A DNA stretch of 63,460 bases from Magnetococcales bacterium (GTDB lineage: Bacteria; Pseudomonadota; Magnetococcia; Magnetococcales; JADFYX01): contig JADGBW010000006.1 in NCBI GenBank assembly GCA_015231305.1, positions 1-63,460 of the forward strand. The letters are read 5' to 3'. The translations under genes and the position numbers were made by a program. Under the pieces are notes generated by a model that was given only the letters and a program-made list of their open reading frames with translations, had not been told where the DNA came from and made no database searches. Shown here one piece after another: positions 1-9,891 of this stretch (position 1 is the first letter of the stretch; the number at the start of each line of letters is the position of its first letter).

Positions 1-107
1 TTAATAAAGAAAAGTGGAACAATTTCCACAATCCCTCCAATGAGGACCAAGACCAAAGTCAAGACCGCCATTAAGGGAATACTTTTTTCAATGGTTGTGT
101 GTTTCAC
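1..107 (-). CDS. ccoO: cbb3-type cytochrome c oxidase subunit II, 5' part (runs off window)
   Basis: Manual translation from GTG at 107: MKHTTIEKSIPLMAVLTLVLVLIGGIVEIVPLFF, a typical CcoO N-terminus. AGGAGA SD upstream; directly follows ccoN. Confidence 0.9.
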   Translation of the reverse strand, partial: MKHTTIEKSIPLMAVLTLVLVLIGGIVEIVPLFFI

Positions 108-144
108 CGTTGTTTCTCCTTGCTCGGTTTAGCTAGTACCACAC

Positions 145-1560
145 TCATGCGGCTACAGAGGGACGATCTTTAGCATTTGCGATTGTCATGTATACATTGT
201 AGACCATGACTAACGCCCCTAAAAGAAAGACTATGCCGCCGATTGCACGAATAATATAGTAAGGATGCATAGCAGCTACAGTTTCAGCAAATGAGTAAGT
301 CAAGTTGCCAAAATTATCATATGCACGCCACATTAAACCCTGCATAACACCGGAAATCCACATAGCCACAATATAGATAACCACACCAACAGTAGAGAGC
401 CAAAAATGTAAATTGATCAATTTAACCGAATGGATAGTGGTCCCCCACAATTTTGGGATCATATGGTAAAGCGCAGCAAAAGAAACCATTGCTACCCAGC
501 CCAAAGCACCTGAATGAACATGACCAATGGTCCAATCTGTGTAGTGAGAAAGAGCGTTAACTTCTTTGATAGACATCAACGGACCTTCAAATGTTGACAT
601 ACCATAGAAGGATAGAGAAATGATGAAAAATCTTAAAATTGGGTCAGTACGTAGCTTATGCCAAGCACCTGATAGGGTCATAATTCCGTTGATCATACCA
701 CCCCATGAAGGTAGAAGAAGCATGATAGAGAATGTTGCACCTAAAGTTCCAGCCCAATCAGGAAGTGCTGTATAGTGAAGGTGATGAGGACCAGCCCAGA
801 TGTATAAGAATACCAAAGACCAAAAATGGACTATAGATAAGCGGTAGGAGTAAATTGGTCGTTCTGCCTGTTTAGGAACAAAGTAATACATCAGACCTAA
901 AAAAGCTGCTGTTAAGAAAAAGCCCACTGCGTTATGTCCATACCACCATTGAATCATAGCACTTTGTACTCCAGACCAAACTGGATACGAGGCTGTGATA
1001 CTAACAGGTACAGCAAGATTATTAACGATATGTAGGATAGCAACAGTAATTATAAACGCCAAAAAGAACCAGTTAGCCACAAAAATGTGGGGTTCCTTTC
1101 TTTTAGCGAGGGTTCCTACAAAGTTGATAAAGTAAGCCACCCACACTACTACAATAAGTAGATCGATAGGCCATATCATCTCTGCATATTCCTGACCTTG
1201 GGAGAGACCAAGAGGATAGGTTACCACCACCGCAACCACAATCAGATTCCATCCCCAAAAAGTCAACTTGGAGAGAAAATCCGAAAACAGTCTGGCCCGG
1301 CAAGTTCTTTGAACTACATAATATGTAGTTGCAAATAGAACAGAACCACCAAATGCGAAAATAACCGCTGACGTATGTAACGGTCTTAACCGCCCAAACG
1401 ATATGTAGGGTATTCCAGCATTTAGCTCGGGAAAAGCTAGTTCCAAAGCGAGTATAATACCCACCAAAAAACCAACCACCGCATATGCTATGGCCATGAC
1501 GGAAAACATTTTCACTACGTCATAGTCATAGGTTGCTATTGAATCATTTTTTTGACCCAC
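145..1560 (-). CDS. ccoN: cbb3-type cytochrome c oxidase subunit I
   Basis: [28 protein letters not shown] and [13 protein letters not shown] motifs. Confidence 0.98.
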   Translation of the reverse strand: MGQKNDSIATYDYDVVKMFSVMAIAYAVVGFLVGIILALELAFPELNAGIPYISFGRLRPLHTSAVIFAFGGSVLFATTYYVVQRTCRARLFSDFLSKLTFWGWNLIVVAVVVTYPLGLSQGQEYAEMIWPIDLLIVVVWVAYFINFVGTLAKRKEPHIFVANWFFLAFIITVAILHIVNNLAVPVSITASYPVWSGVQSAMIQWWYGHNAVGFFLTAAFLGLMYYFVPKQAERPIYSYRLSIVHFWSLVFLYIWAGPHHLHYTALPDWAGTLGATFSIMLLLPSWGGMINGIMTLSGAWHKLRTDPILRFFIISLSFYGMSTFEGPLMSIKEVNALSHYTDWTIGHVHSGALGWVAMVSFAALYHMIPKLWGTTIHSVKLINLHFWLSTVGVVIYIVAMWISGVMQGLMWRAYDNFGNLTYSFAETVAAMHPYYIIRAIGGIVFLLGALVMVYNVYMTIANAKDRPSVAA

Positions 1561-1702
1561 GATCTCCTCCTGTACTTATAAATTAACTAAAAAAAAAATT
1601 TGATAATATTTTCATATTATTTTTTGGAGATTGTTTTCGATTTTCTAATAAGTATTAGTTAGTAGAAAATCACATATAAACCACTGATAGTTAGTGATTA
1701 AA

Positions 1703-1716
1703 TTGATCTTAATCAA
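1703..1716. promoter_or_regulatory. FNR/FixK-type binding site
   Basis: TTGAT-CTTA-ATCAA, a perfect TTGAT-N4-ATCAA consensus between divergent ccoN and coxC. Confidence 0.8.
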
Positions 1717-1988
1717 CACTACACCGACAAGCTAACATCAATTTGATTTGATGGAAAGAGCTTATGTTGCTTTGTTAGTAAATAATTTAGCATCTTTATT
1801 GTTGACACAGAAACTACAAATGTGGTCTTATTTTTTGGTTGTCCATGCATATATTTGATATCAAATAAAAAGTACATTTAAAAATATCAATTGTAAAGTT
1901 TTAAGTGGCTTATTTTATCGTTTTAAATTTTTTTAGTCCGTTAAAATAGACACACAATTTGTACGGGGATATTCTAAGGAGAAGAAAC

Positions 1989-2753
1989 ATGTCGCAACCT
2001 ACGTCAGCCGAGCATGCTCATCATTGGGAAGTTAGTTGGGCACCTTTGGTCGCAACTTTCGGTGCTCTATTCTTAATACCATTTACGTTTTCCGCATATT
2101 ATGTTTATGAGGACTCTTTTTTAGCAATAATATTTGCTGGTATTGGCACTCCTCTTTTATTAGCTGGTATAGCTAAATGGGTAAGTGAGGGGATATCACA
2201 GAAACCATTACTAGAGGGGGTATCTCCTTCTGGGCTACCATACTTCATTGTTTCTGAGGTCTTCATTTTTCTCGGCTTTTTTGTCTCCTACTGGACAATA
2301 CGTCTTTCAGCTGGTAACGAATGGCCCCCTGAAGGAACACCAGAAATTAACCTTTGGATGCCAATCATTATGACCGTAATTTTGGTTGGTTCCAGCTGGA
2401 CATATCATGTTGCAGAAGAAAAATATGACCACGATGATCTTGCAGGATTTCGTAAGTGGCTTATAATTTCAATTGCACTTGGTGGAATATTCCTTGGTTG
2501 TACTTTTTATGAATATAGCCACTTATTGCACCTAGACTTTGGTCCATCAACCAATGCCTATAGCACAATTTTTTACACAATTACTGGCTTTCATGCATCC
2601 CATGTTGTAATTGGCTTGGGAATGTTTATAGCTATTTTAATACCGGCGTATTCAGGTAAAACAAATAAATATTTTGTTTTCTGCGCTGGTGTATATTGGC
2701 ACTTTGTTGATGTAATTTGGTTTTTTGTCGCATCACAAGTCTATTTTTGGTAA
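1989..2753 (+). CDS. coxC: heme-copper oxidase subunit III
   Basis: SEVFIF, WPP, TGFHASHV and YWHFVDVIW motifs. Start moved to ATG 1989, which follows AAGGAG. Confidence 0.93.
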   Translation: MSQPTSAEHAHHWEVSWAPLVATFGALFLIPFTFSAYYVYEDSFLAIIFAGIGTPLLLAGIAKWVSEGISQKPLLEGVSPSGLPYFIVSEVFIFLGFFVSYWTIRLSAGNEWPPEGTPEINLWMPIIMTVILVGSSWTYHVAEEKYDHDDLAGFRKWLIISIALGGIFLGCTFYEYSHLLHLDFGPSTNAYSTIFYTITGFHASHVVIGLGMFIAILIPAYSGKTNKYFVFCAGVYWHFVDVIWFFVASQVYFW

Positions 2754-2780
2754 AGAATTACAAAGGCTTAATAAATAGGT

Positions 2781-3602
2781 ATGCAACGACTTCTGGTTTT
2801 TCTCATTGGCTTTATAGTCCTTATTGTTTCATTACCTGTTGAGGCAAACTATTTTCGGCAACGTGAGTCAGATATTGACCCTAATATCTTTCGCATTGTT
2901 GAAAAAGATTTTATGGGGGTAAAATTTGACCCTAACCTTGAATTAATTGATCAGAATGGCAAAGAATTCAAATTTAAGGATCTTACAGGAAAACCGACAA
3001 TTCTAGTCTGGTCATATTATACATGCGACGGCAGTTGCTCTGCTGTAAATGCAGAACTAAAAGCCCTTCTAGAAGAGATTAAAGGACAAAAAATTGGTGA
3101 ACAATACAGGATTTTAACAATATCATTCGATAAGGATGATACCCTGGATTCACTAAAGAAATTTAGAACATTTTTAGAACTTACACCTGAATGGGAGAAA
3201 GCTTGGACTTTTGCTATTTTAAAAGATCCAAATTTAGTAAAAGAGAAGACTGAAAGTACTGGTTTTAATTTTTTCTGGGCACCACAAGATAAAACTTTTT
3301 ACCATCCTAATGTCTTCATAATACTTTCTTCTGAAGGAAGAATTACCCGTTATATTTATGCTTTGACCAATAACGAGAAAGATATGAGTTTGGCTCTATT
3401 AGAAGCTAGACAGGGTAATTTTAAAGTAAATGAAACTCTCGATTTTGTAATAGGGCTTTGTTATAGCTACAACTATGCTGAAGGTCGCTATACATATAAT
3501 ATCCCACTGTTTGTTGGACTGGGCGCGCTTTTCATTGGGTTGTCAATGTTGTTAGGCTCAGTTTTGCTTTTTAGAAAAAAGAAATTTAAGGAGGGAACGT
3601 AA
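2781..3602 (+). CDS. SCO1/SenC-family copper chaperone
   Basis: Signal peptide, CDGSC (CxxxC), downstream His, C-terminal LCYSY plus TM anchor. Confidence 0.85.
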   Translation: MQRLLVFLIGFIVLIVSLPVEANYFRQRESDIDPNIFRIVEKDFMGVKFDPNLELIDQNGKEFKFKDLTGKPTILVWSYYTCDGSCSAVNAELKALLEEIKGQKIGEQYRILTISFDKDDTLDSLKKFRTFLELTPEWEKAWTFAILKDPNLVKEKTESTGFNFFWAPQDKTFYHPNVFIILSSEGRITRYIYALTNNEKDMSLALLEARQGNFKVNETLDFVIGLCYSYNYAEGRYTYNIPLFVGLGALFIGLSMLLGSVLLFRKKKFKEGT

Positions 3603-3604
3603 CA

Positions 3605-4351
3605 ATGAAAAAGATGCTTGCGGCCTTGACCGGGATTGCATTGGTTGTGTCGTCCGCTATCGTGATGGCTTCTGAAACTACTGACACCATAAAGGATCCT
3701 GCCGTAGTTTGGGAACACCTATGGACAGAAGTTCTTATCGATCTATACATCATGGGCGGAATTTTTGGTGCTTTAGCAATTTACTGGCTGTTTAAATACA
3801 GAGCTAAAAGCCCCGATGCAGTTGGCGAAGGTCCAACCCTCACACGAGCGCAAAGATGGTCATGGGCAATTGTTCCATGTGTACTATTTTTAGCCGACGA
3901 CCTTTATTTAGGTGCTATGGGCTGGTCAGCTTGGAACGTCTATCGTACTGTTCCTGAAAATGCCATGGAAGTTAAAGTAACTGGCAGCATGTGGAACTGG
4001 GAATTTGAATATGAAGATGGTACAACATCAACATATGATGTAGATGGCGATGAAGGTGAGAAAGGTGACGGCTTGGTTGTTCCTGTTGGAACCCCTGTCG
4101 TTTTACGTATGACCTCCACTGATGTTCTTCACTCCTTTGGTATTACAAAATACCGTGTTAAAGAGGATGTAATGCCAGGCCGAATTACCTATATTTGGTT
4201 CTATCCAAAAGAAGAAGCTGAATCTTTTGTAACATGTGTAGAATTTTGTGGAGCAAATCACGCCAGAATGTATGCACCAGTCAAAGCTATACCACAAGAG
4301 CAATATGACAAGTGGCTGGTTAAAAGGGCTAAGGAGGAGGCAGAAGAATGA
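3605..4351 (+). CDS. coxB: cytochrome c oxidase subunit II (CuA), no fused cytochrome c
   Basis: DVLHSF and CVEFCGANHARM CuA ligands; no CxxCH motif. Confidence 0.95.
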   Translation: MKKMLAALTGIALVVSSAIVMASETTDTIKDPAVVWEHLWTEVLIDLYIMGGIFGALAIYWLFKYRAKSPDAVGEGPTLTRAQRWSWAIVPCVLFLADDLYLGAMGWSAWNVYRTVPENAMEVKVTGSMWNWEFEYEDGTTSTYDVDGDEGEKGDGLVVPVGTPVVLRMTSTDVLHSFGITKYRVKEDVMPGRITYIWFYPKEEAESFVTCVEFCGANHARMYAPVKAIPQEQYDKWLVKRAKEEAEE

Positions 4352-5952
4352 GCGCGCAATCAGAAAAGATCAATTGGTATGAGTGGATATTTACTACCGA
4401 CCACAAGCGTATCGGTGTTATGTATCTAATTGGATCTATAGCTGCATTTGGTGTAGCCGGAATAATGGCTATTCTTATCCGTATAGAACAATCCAGCTTA
4501 GGTCCTACATTGGCTGCAGATGGATTAACAGCAGGTCAACAGTACAACCAGTGGCTATATTTCCATGGTGCTGCCATGATTTTAGCCTTTCTTATTCCTG
4601 GCCTCACAGGATTTGCTGCAAACTATTTTCTGCCTCTCATGATTGGGGCAGCAGATGTTGCATTTCCTCGTATTAATGCCTTGAGTGTATGGCTCTTTTG
4701 GTGTGGCATCATTGTCGCGCTATTAGGTTTTGTCATTCCTGATGGCCCAGACATCATGTGGACTGGATACCCGCCATACTCCATTCTTTCGGGTGGTAAC
4801 ACGGCCTTTTATGTGTTTACAGTGCACCTATTAGGATTTGCATCCATTTTAGGTGCTGTTAACTTTCTTGTTACTGTTATCTACATGCGCGCACCAGGCA
4901 TGGGTTGGAACCAGCTAAACTTGTTTGTTTGGTCAACTGTTACAGCATTTGTAATTCAGTTGGTTTTTGTTCCTGTTTTGGCTGCTGCTGTAACCATGTT
5001 GCTATTTGATAAATATTTAGGAACTCACTTTTTTGACCCAAGTGCCGGCGGTGACGTTCTACTTTATCAGAACCTATTCTGGTTTTATTCTCACCCAGCT
5101 GTGTATGTTATTTTGCTACCAGCCTTGGGTATACTTTACGAAGTAGTAGCTACTTTTAGTAAAAACAAGGTGTTTAACTATAAAGTCTGTGTTTATGGTG
5201 GTATGTGGGGTGTTGTATTAATCTCTGGTGAGGTTTGGGTTCACCATCTATATGTATCCGGTATGCCTAACTGGATTAGAATTGGACAGATGATAAGTAC
5301 CCTGCTTATCTCTCTACCAGTTGGTCTATTGGCTATATCTCTGTTTGGTACTCTATATAAAGGTGCTATAACTTTTGAGCTACCAATGAAATATGCAGTA
5401 TCTTGTCTGTTTTTGTTTCTGGTTGGTGGTTTAACAGGTATTCCATTAGCCATTACTGCACTAGATCTACATCTCTCTGAGACGTCGTTTATCCATGCTC
5501 ATTTCCATTATATCATGGGTATATTTGCTACCTTCTCCGTGTTTGCTGCTGTATATTATTGGTTCCCAAAAATGACTGGCAAAATGTATGACGATAAGTG
5601 GGGAACTATCGGTTTTTGGCTTAACTTTGTCGGTGTGAATGTAACTTTCTTGCCACTATTTAAAATTGGTGTTGAAGGTATGCCTCGTAGATATTGGAAC
5701 TACGAGATGTATCCTCAGTTTGAAACATGGCATTTTGTTGCAATGTTAGGTGCTATATTGGTTGCAGCCGGTATGATTATTACTGTTTTGAACTGGATTA
5801 TGAGTGCATACAAAGGAGAGCCTGCTTCTGACAATCCTTGGAATTCTAAATCTCTGGAATGGACCCATACAGTCAGCCCTCCTGGCCCAGGTAATTTCTT
5901 AAAAGATGTAGTAGTTGACAAAGATTGGACGCCTTATGACTACAGGAAATAA
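4348..5952 (+). CDS. coxA: cytochrome c oxidase subunit I, A2 type
   Basis: TDHKRIG, DVAFPRIN, WFYSHPAVY (A2 YS signature), WVHH and HAHFHY. Confidence 0.96.
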   Translation: MSAQSEKINWYEWIFTTDHKRIGVMYLIGSIAAFGVAGIMAILIRIEQSSLGPTLAADGLTAGQQYNQWLYFHGAAMILAFLIPGLTGFAANYFLPLMIGAADVAFPRINALSVWLFWCGIIVALLGFVIPDGPDIMWTGYPPYSILSGGNTAFYVFTVHLLGFASILGAVNFLVTVIYMRAPGMGWNQLNLFVWSTVTAFVIQLVFVPVLAAAVTMLLFDKYLGTHFFDPSAGGDVLLYQNLFWFYSHPAVYVILLPALGILYEVVATFSKNKVFNYKVCVYGGMWGVVLISGEVWVHHLYVSGMPNWIRIGQMISTLLISLPVGLLAISLFGTLYKGAITFELPMKYAVSCLFLFLVGGLTGIPLAITALDLHLSETSFIHAHFHYIMGIFATFSVFAAVYYWFPKMTGKMYDDKWGTIGFWLNFVGVNVTFLPLFKIGVEGMPRRYWNYEMYPQFETWHFVAMLGAILVAAGMIITVLNWIMSAYKGEPASDNPWNSKSLEWTHTVSPPGPGNFLKDVVVDKDWTPYDYRK

Positions 5953-6055
5953 AATACCGAAAAAAAAAATATGGATAACTGCTGGGTTGTTGATGTTATT
6001 AGCTGTTTTAATCAACATATCCATCTATTATAAAGTTAGCCATTACGGACCATAA
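5936..6055 (+). CDS. putative 39-aa single-TM peptide, candidate small oxidase subunit (not in ORF track)
   Basis: MTTGNKIPKKKIWITAGLLMLLAVLINISIYYKVSHYGP*. Overlaps the coxA end by 17 nt; basic cluster followed by one hydrophobic helix. Confidence 0.55.
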   Translation: MTTGNKIPKKKIWITAGLLMLLAVLINISIYYKVSHYGP

Positions 6056-6092
6056 TTTTTTACCAGCAAAAAAATTATCAAAATGATGAAAT

Positions 6093-6131
6093 CACAGAAG
6101 CTCTCCAGGTATAACTTGGAGAGCTTCTGTG
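6093..6131. terminator. strong hairpin after the cox operon
   Basis: CACAGAAGCTCTCCAGGT-ATA-ACTTGGAGAGCTTCTGTG inverted repeat; no clear U-tract. Confidence 0.6.
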
Positions 6132-6152
6132 TAATATAACGCCGTTTATGGA

Positions 6153-6821
6153 TTGGAAAGTGTGCAAACTAAACTCACCAAAAAACAATTCGTTGTAGTT
6201 AGTTTATTAATATTTTTTGGGCTTTTTAGCTGTTTTAAACTTGTACAGCACTATTTCTATGCAAAAAAACCATCTTATAATCTTAACGGCATTACCCTTC
6301 CCCACCCTATTGCTTTAACGCCATTTGAGCTAATTGATCATTTTGGAGATCCATTTAATTTGGATAATTTGAAAGGTCGATGGAGTTTTCTTTTTTTTGG
6401 TTATAGCAATTGTCCTGATGTATGCCCAATATCTCTGGGTTTATTGACAAACACATTTATTGCATTAGAAGATACCCCTCAAATACTTGACAATGCTCAA
6501 GCTATTTTTATTTCTGTAGACCCAAAACGCGATAGCCATGAGTATTTAAAAGAGTATGTTCAATATTTCCACAAGGACTTTATCGGGGTTACTGGCAGTG
6601 AAGATGTTTTATTATCCCTAGTCAAACAGCTTCAAGCTAGCTATAAAATATCTTCTGCTATTGATACTGATGGCAACTATTTGGTTGAACATACCTCTGC
6701 ATTTTTTCTAATTGACCCCAAAGGTCGCTTCTTTGCTCTGTTTCAACCACAGTTTCATGATGCAGATAAAATTAAAGATGCATTTATTGCTATTTATAAT
6801 AGGCAAGCGAACACTAGATAA
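6153..6821 (+). CDS. second SCO1/SenC-family protein
   Basis: FFGYSNCPDVCP, FISVDPKRD and VEHTS motifs; N-terminal TM. Confidence 0.92.
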   Translation: MESVQTKLTKKQFVVVSLLIFFGLFSCFKLVQHYFYAKKPSYNLNGITLPHPIALTPFELIDHFGDPFNLDNLKGRWSFLFFGYSNCPDVCPISLGLLTNTFIALEDTPQILDNAQAIFISVDPKRDSHEYLKEYVQYFHKDFIGVTGSEDVLLSLVKQLQASYKISSAIDTDGNYLVEHTSAFFLIDPKGRFFALFQPQFHDADKIKDAFIAIYNRQANTR

Positions 6822-6959
6822 TAATATATAGAACTTAAAAAATTGAAACTAAACTAACAATTAGTTGTCATAAGGCTATCGACAAAGCAAATGTTCTATT
6901 TTAAAATATAAAATAACAGAGTCTCAACATGTAGAGCCCTCGCCTCAAGGAAAAAATTA

Positions 6960-8369
6960 ATGTCTGAACAGCCCAGCTCTTTATATGCCGACTGGAAGAA
7001 GATTTATCCTCGTTATCAAACTGGCTTTTTCCGTAGATTACGTTGGTCACTTGTCGCTGTATTTTTAGGAATTTATTACCTATTACCTATTATACGCTGG
7101 AATCGTGCGGAAGGTCTGCCAGATCAGGCGATTCTATTTGACCTACCAGCTCGTAAATTCTACATGTTCGATTTAGTAATATGGCCCCAGGATATCTTTC
7201 TATTAGCAATCATGTTAATTGCAGCTGCTCTAGCATTATTTTTCATGACTGCATTGGCTGGAAGAATATTTTGTGGCTATATGTGTTTTCAAACAGTTTG
7301 GACAGATCTATTCCTTTTTGTTGAAAAGTTTTTTGAAGGAAACAGAAAACAACGAATAAAACTAGATTCTGAAGCCTGGAGCTTGCGTAAATTACTAATA
7401 AAAGTCGCAAAGCACTTTGTCTGGATATTAATTGGAATTGCAACAGGCGGGGCGTTTGTCTTTTATTTTGCTGATGCCCCAACCCTATTTTGGCAATTTT
7501 TAGATGGGACAGCCCCTGGGCCTGCTTGGTTTACCCTTATTTTTCTTACAGCAACCACCTACATAATGGCAGGTATCGCGCGTGAACAAGTCTGTATTTA
7601 CATGTGTCCTTACGCTAGGTTTCAAGGAGCAATGTTTGATGAAGACTCCTTAATTGTTGCTTATCATCCTGAGTTGGGTGAACCAAGAGAGTCCAACCGC
7701 AGAGTTAGAGAGAGTAGTGAGACTAAAACAGGGCTATGCATAGACTGTGACGCATGTGTAACTGTATGTCCAACTGGTATAGACATTCGTGATGGTCAAC
7801 AGTATGAATGTATTACTTGTGGAGCCTGTATAGATGCTTGCAATACGGTAAAAGACCGTATGCACATGAAAAATGAGTTAATTCGCTATACATCAATGCG
7901 AGAGATTGAAGGCAAGAAAACCCGTTGGTTCCGCCCAAGAATTCTCATATATGGCACACTCTTAACTATTTTTCTTGGTGGTATAGCAGTTTATTTAGCT
8001 GTTAAGTCACCGCTATCTTTAAATGTTATAAAACACCGCCAGCCTATCTATATTATGCAGTCTGATGGTAGTATTCAAAACAACTTTACCATTCGTATTC
8101 TAAATATGCATACACAAGCAAGAACCTTCTCATTAGAGGTTGAAGGTTTAAAAAATGCATCACTATCTATTGTAGCTGTAGATGATTTTGATAGTGAAAA
8201 AAGACCTCTTATAACTGTTGATTCTGGAGCTGTAATGACATTTACTCTCTATTTAAAACAAGCAAAAAATAGTGTAAAGTCTGGATCAAAGGATATAACA
8301 TTCCTACTTCGTGCTACTGATAACACAGACTTTACCCACTCTTATGACAGTAAGTTTATGAGGCCATAG
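6960..8369 (+). CDS. ccoG: cbb3 oxidase accessory 4Fe-4S protein
   Basis: GRIFCGYMC, CIYMCPYARFQ, CIDCDACVTVCPTGIDIRDG and CITCGACIDAC. Confidence 0.96.
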   Translation: MSEQPSSLYADWKKIYPRYQTGFFRRLRWSLVAVFLGIYYLLPIIRWNRAEGLPDQAILFDLPARKFYMFDLVIWPQDIFLLAIMLIAAALALFFMTALAGRIFCGYMCFQTVWTDLFLFVEKFFEGNRKQRIKLDSEAWSLRKLLIKVAKHFVWILIGIATGGAFVFYFADAPTLFWQFLDGTAPGPAWFTLIFLTATTYIMAGIAREQVCIYMCPYARFQGAMFDEDSLIVAYHPELGEPRESNRRVRESSETKTGLCIDCDACVTVCPTGIDIRDGQQYECITCGACIDACNTVKDRMHMKNELIRYTSMREIEGKKTRWFRPRILIYGTLLTIFLGGIAVYLAVKSPLSLNVIKHRQPIYIMQSDGSIQNNFTIRILNMHTQARTFSLEVEGLKNASLSIVAVDDFDSEKRPLITVDSGAVMTFTLYLKQAKNSVKSGSKDITFLLRATDNTDFTHSYDSKFMRP

Positions 8370-8903
8370 ATGAACGAACAAACTACAGAAACCCAAGAGA
8401 AACCAGCCCGCCGTTTTGAACCGTGGCCTACCGCTATAGTACTGTTTTTTCTAGTGGTGTTTTCTGCTGATGCCATAATGATAACAATGGGTTTGAACTC
8501 ATGGCCTGGCTTAGTTAACAAAAACCCTTATCAAAATGGGATAAACTACAACAAAGTTATCCAAGCCCAGAATAAACAAGACAAACTCGGCTGGAGTATA
8601 AAACTAAATAGCGAAAGTCTTGTAGCTGGCCAAGAAGGAAAAATAAGTGTTTCCATAACCGGGAAAGAAAATATAGCTGTGCAAAAAGCTCAAGTTGAGG
8701 GTATTCTTTTTCGTCCAGTTGGTGAGGGAATTGACATAGCGTTTCTTTTAAAAGAAGAAAAACCTGGTCTATATTCCGCTATGATAACCCCACCTAAAGA
8801 GGGAAATTGGGATGTTAAAATTCGTGCTATTAAATCTGCCAGTGCAGATTTTAGATATGTGGAACGAATAACTGTGCAACAAAGCAAACCAGAGGTGAAA
8901 TAA
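8370..8903 (+). CDS. ccoH: FixH/CcoH family protein
   Basis: WP motif plus TM, GLV..NPY..G..YN and QDKLGW; abuts ccoG. Confidence 0.85.
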   Translation: MNEQTTETQEKPARRFEPWPTAIVLFFLVVFSADAIMITMGLNSWPGLVNKNPYQNGINYNKVIQAQNKQDKLGWSIKLNSESLVAGQEGKISVSITGKENIAVQKAQVEGILFRPVGEGIDIAFLLKEEKPGLYSAMITPPKEGNWDVKIRAIKSASADFRYVERITVQQSKPEVK

Positions 8904-8905
8904 TT

Positions 8906-9091
8906 ATGGATTTTGATACAATGATTTCCTTTTCCAAACAGTTTTCTCTCATTTGGTTTTTCCTTATATTTGTGGGAATAGTTTTATGGGCCTACTGGCC
9001 AAGCCATAAAAAAGGTTTTGAAGAAGAGGGGCAAAGATTGTTGGAAGACGATCCGATCCACGAAAATAGTGTACCAGAACCAAAAGATTAA
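8906..9091 (+). CDS. ccoQ: cbb3 oxidase subunit CcoQ/FixQ
   Basis: FFLIFVGIVLWAYWPSHKKGFEE, a typical FixQ pattern; GAGGTG SD. Confidence 0.85.
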   Translation: MDFDTMISFSKQFSLIWFFLIFVGIVLWAYWPSHKKGFEEEGQRLLEDDPIHENSVPEPKD

Positions 9092-9193
9092 AAAAATAGT
9101 CAATACAGATTAGGTAGCTCACAACTACCTTTTCTTATATATTTTGGCATTTTTATAAAAATCAAGCTCATTTAAGGGTTTGATTTTTTAACT

Positions 9194-9379
9194 TTATCTT
9201 ATAATATTCTTGGCTTTTTCCCAACCATTTTGCCAACTCTGTTCTTCATAAGAGCCATGCTCATATGGGCACTCATCATCAATCTTATAGCCCTCCTCAA
9301 AAGCAGCCTCTATGCAAGCAGCATAACCTTCTGCAAAATTTAAAAGATGCTTAGACTCTAATTTTTTATTTTCCTTCAT
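9194..9379 (-). CDS. small protein with Rmf/CrpP-like motif
   Basis: EGY...CPY...W..GW pattern. Confidence 0.6.
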   Translation of the reverse strand: MKENKKLESKHLLNFAEGYAACIEAAFEEGYKIDDECPYEHGSYEEQSWQNGWEKAKNIIR

Positions 9380-9618
9380 TTTCCACTGTCCTCCTGTCGT
9401 ATATAACCGTACACTTCACCATTAACAGTACATGGACTAAACCCCAAAGGTTTACCGTTATGCTCAGGAACCAAACGGGCATAATATCCGTTTTGACCTA
9501 CCTTTACATCCCATACAACCCACATACCTAACTGCCCAGATATTAATTTATTGCTAGAGTGAACACCTGTTATATACTGTTCATCAATATTTGATTGTGT
9601 AGCGGCAAATAACTGCAT
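9376..9618 (-). CDS. hypothetical protein
   Basis: 80-aa ORF with an AGAGGA SD; ATGA overlap with the downstream ORF. Confidence 0.55.
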   Translation of the reverse strand: MQLFAATQSNIDEQYITGVHSSNKLISGQLGMWVVWDVKVGQNGYYARLVPEHNGKPLGFSPCTVNGEVYGYIRQEDSGK

Positions 9619-9891
9619 TTTTATAATATTATCCTCTGAATTGTTTCAAACTTATGGAAGATGCTAGGGGATATTTCCAACAAATAATATGAGTACTGGT
9701 TCAGCAGAAGTTAAACTAAGAGTATCTTAATTTTAAAGTTACAAACGATGCTCTTATAGCGTTGTTAAGTATAGGTTATCTTATGTATAGCTATGATAAA
9801 CTGACTTAACATATTAATTATTAAGAATTTTTCTATTCTTAAGCTAAATATTTGCTTTTTAAAGGAGTATAAATACGGCTATAGAGTTTTG

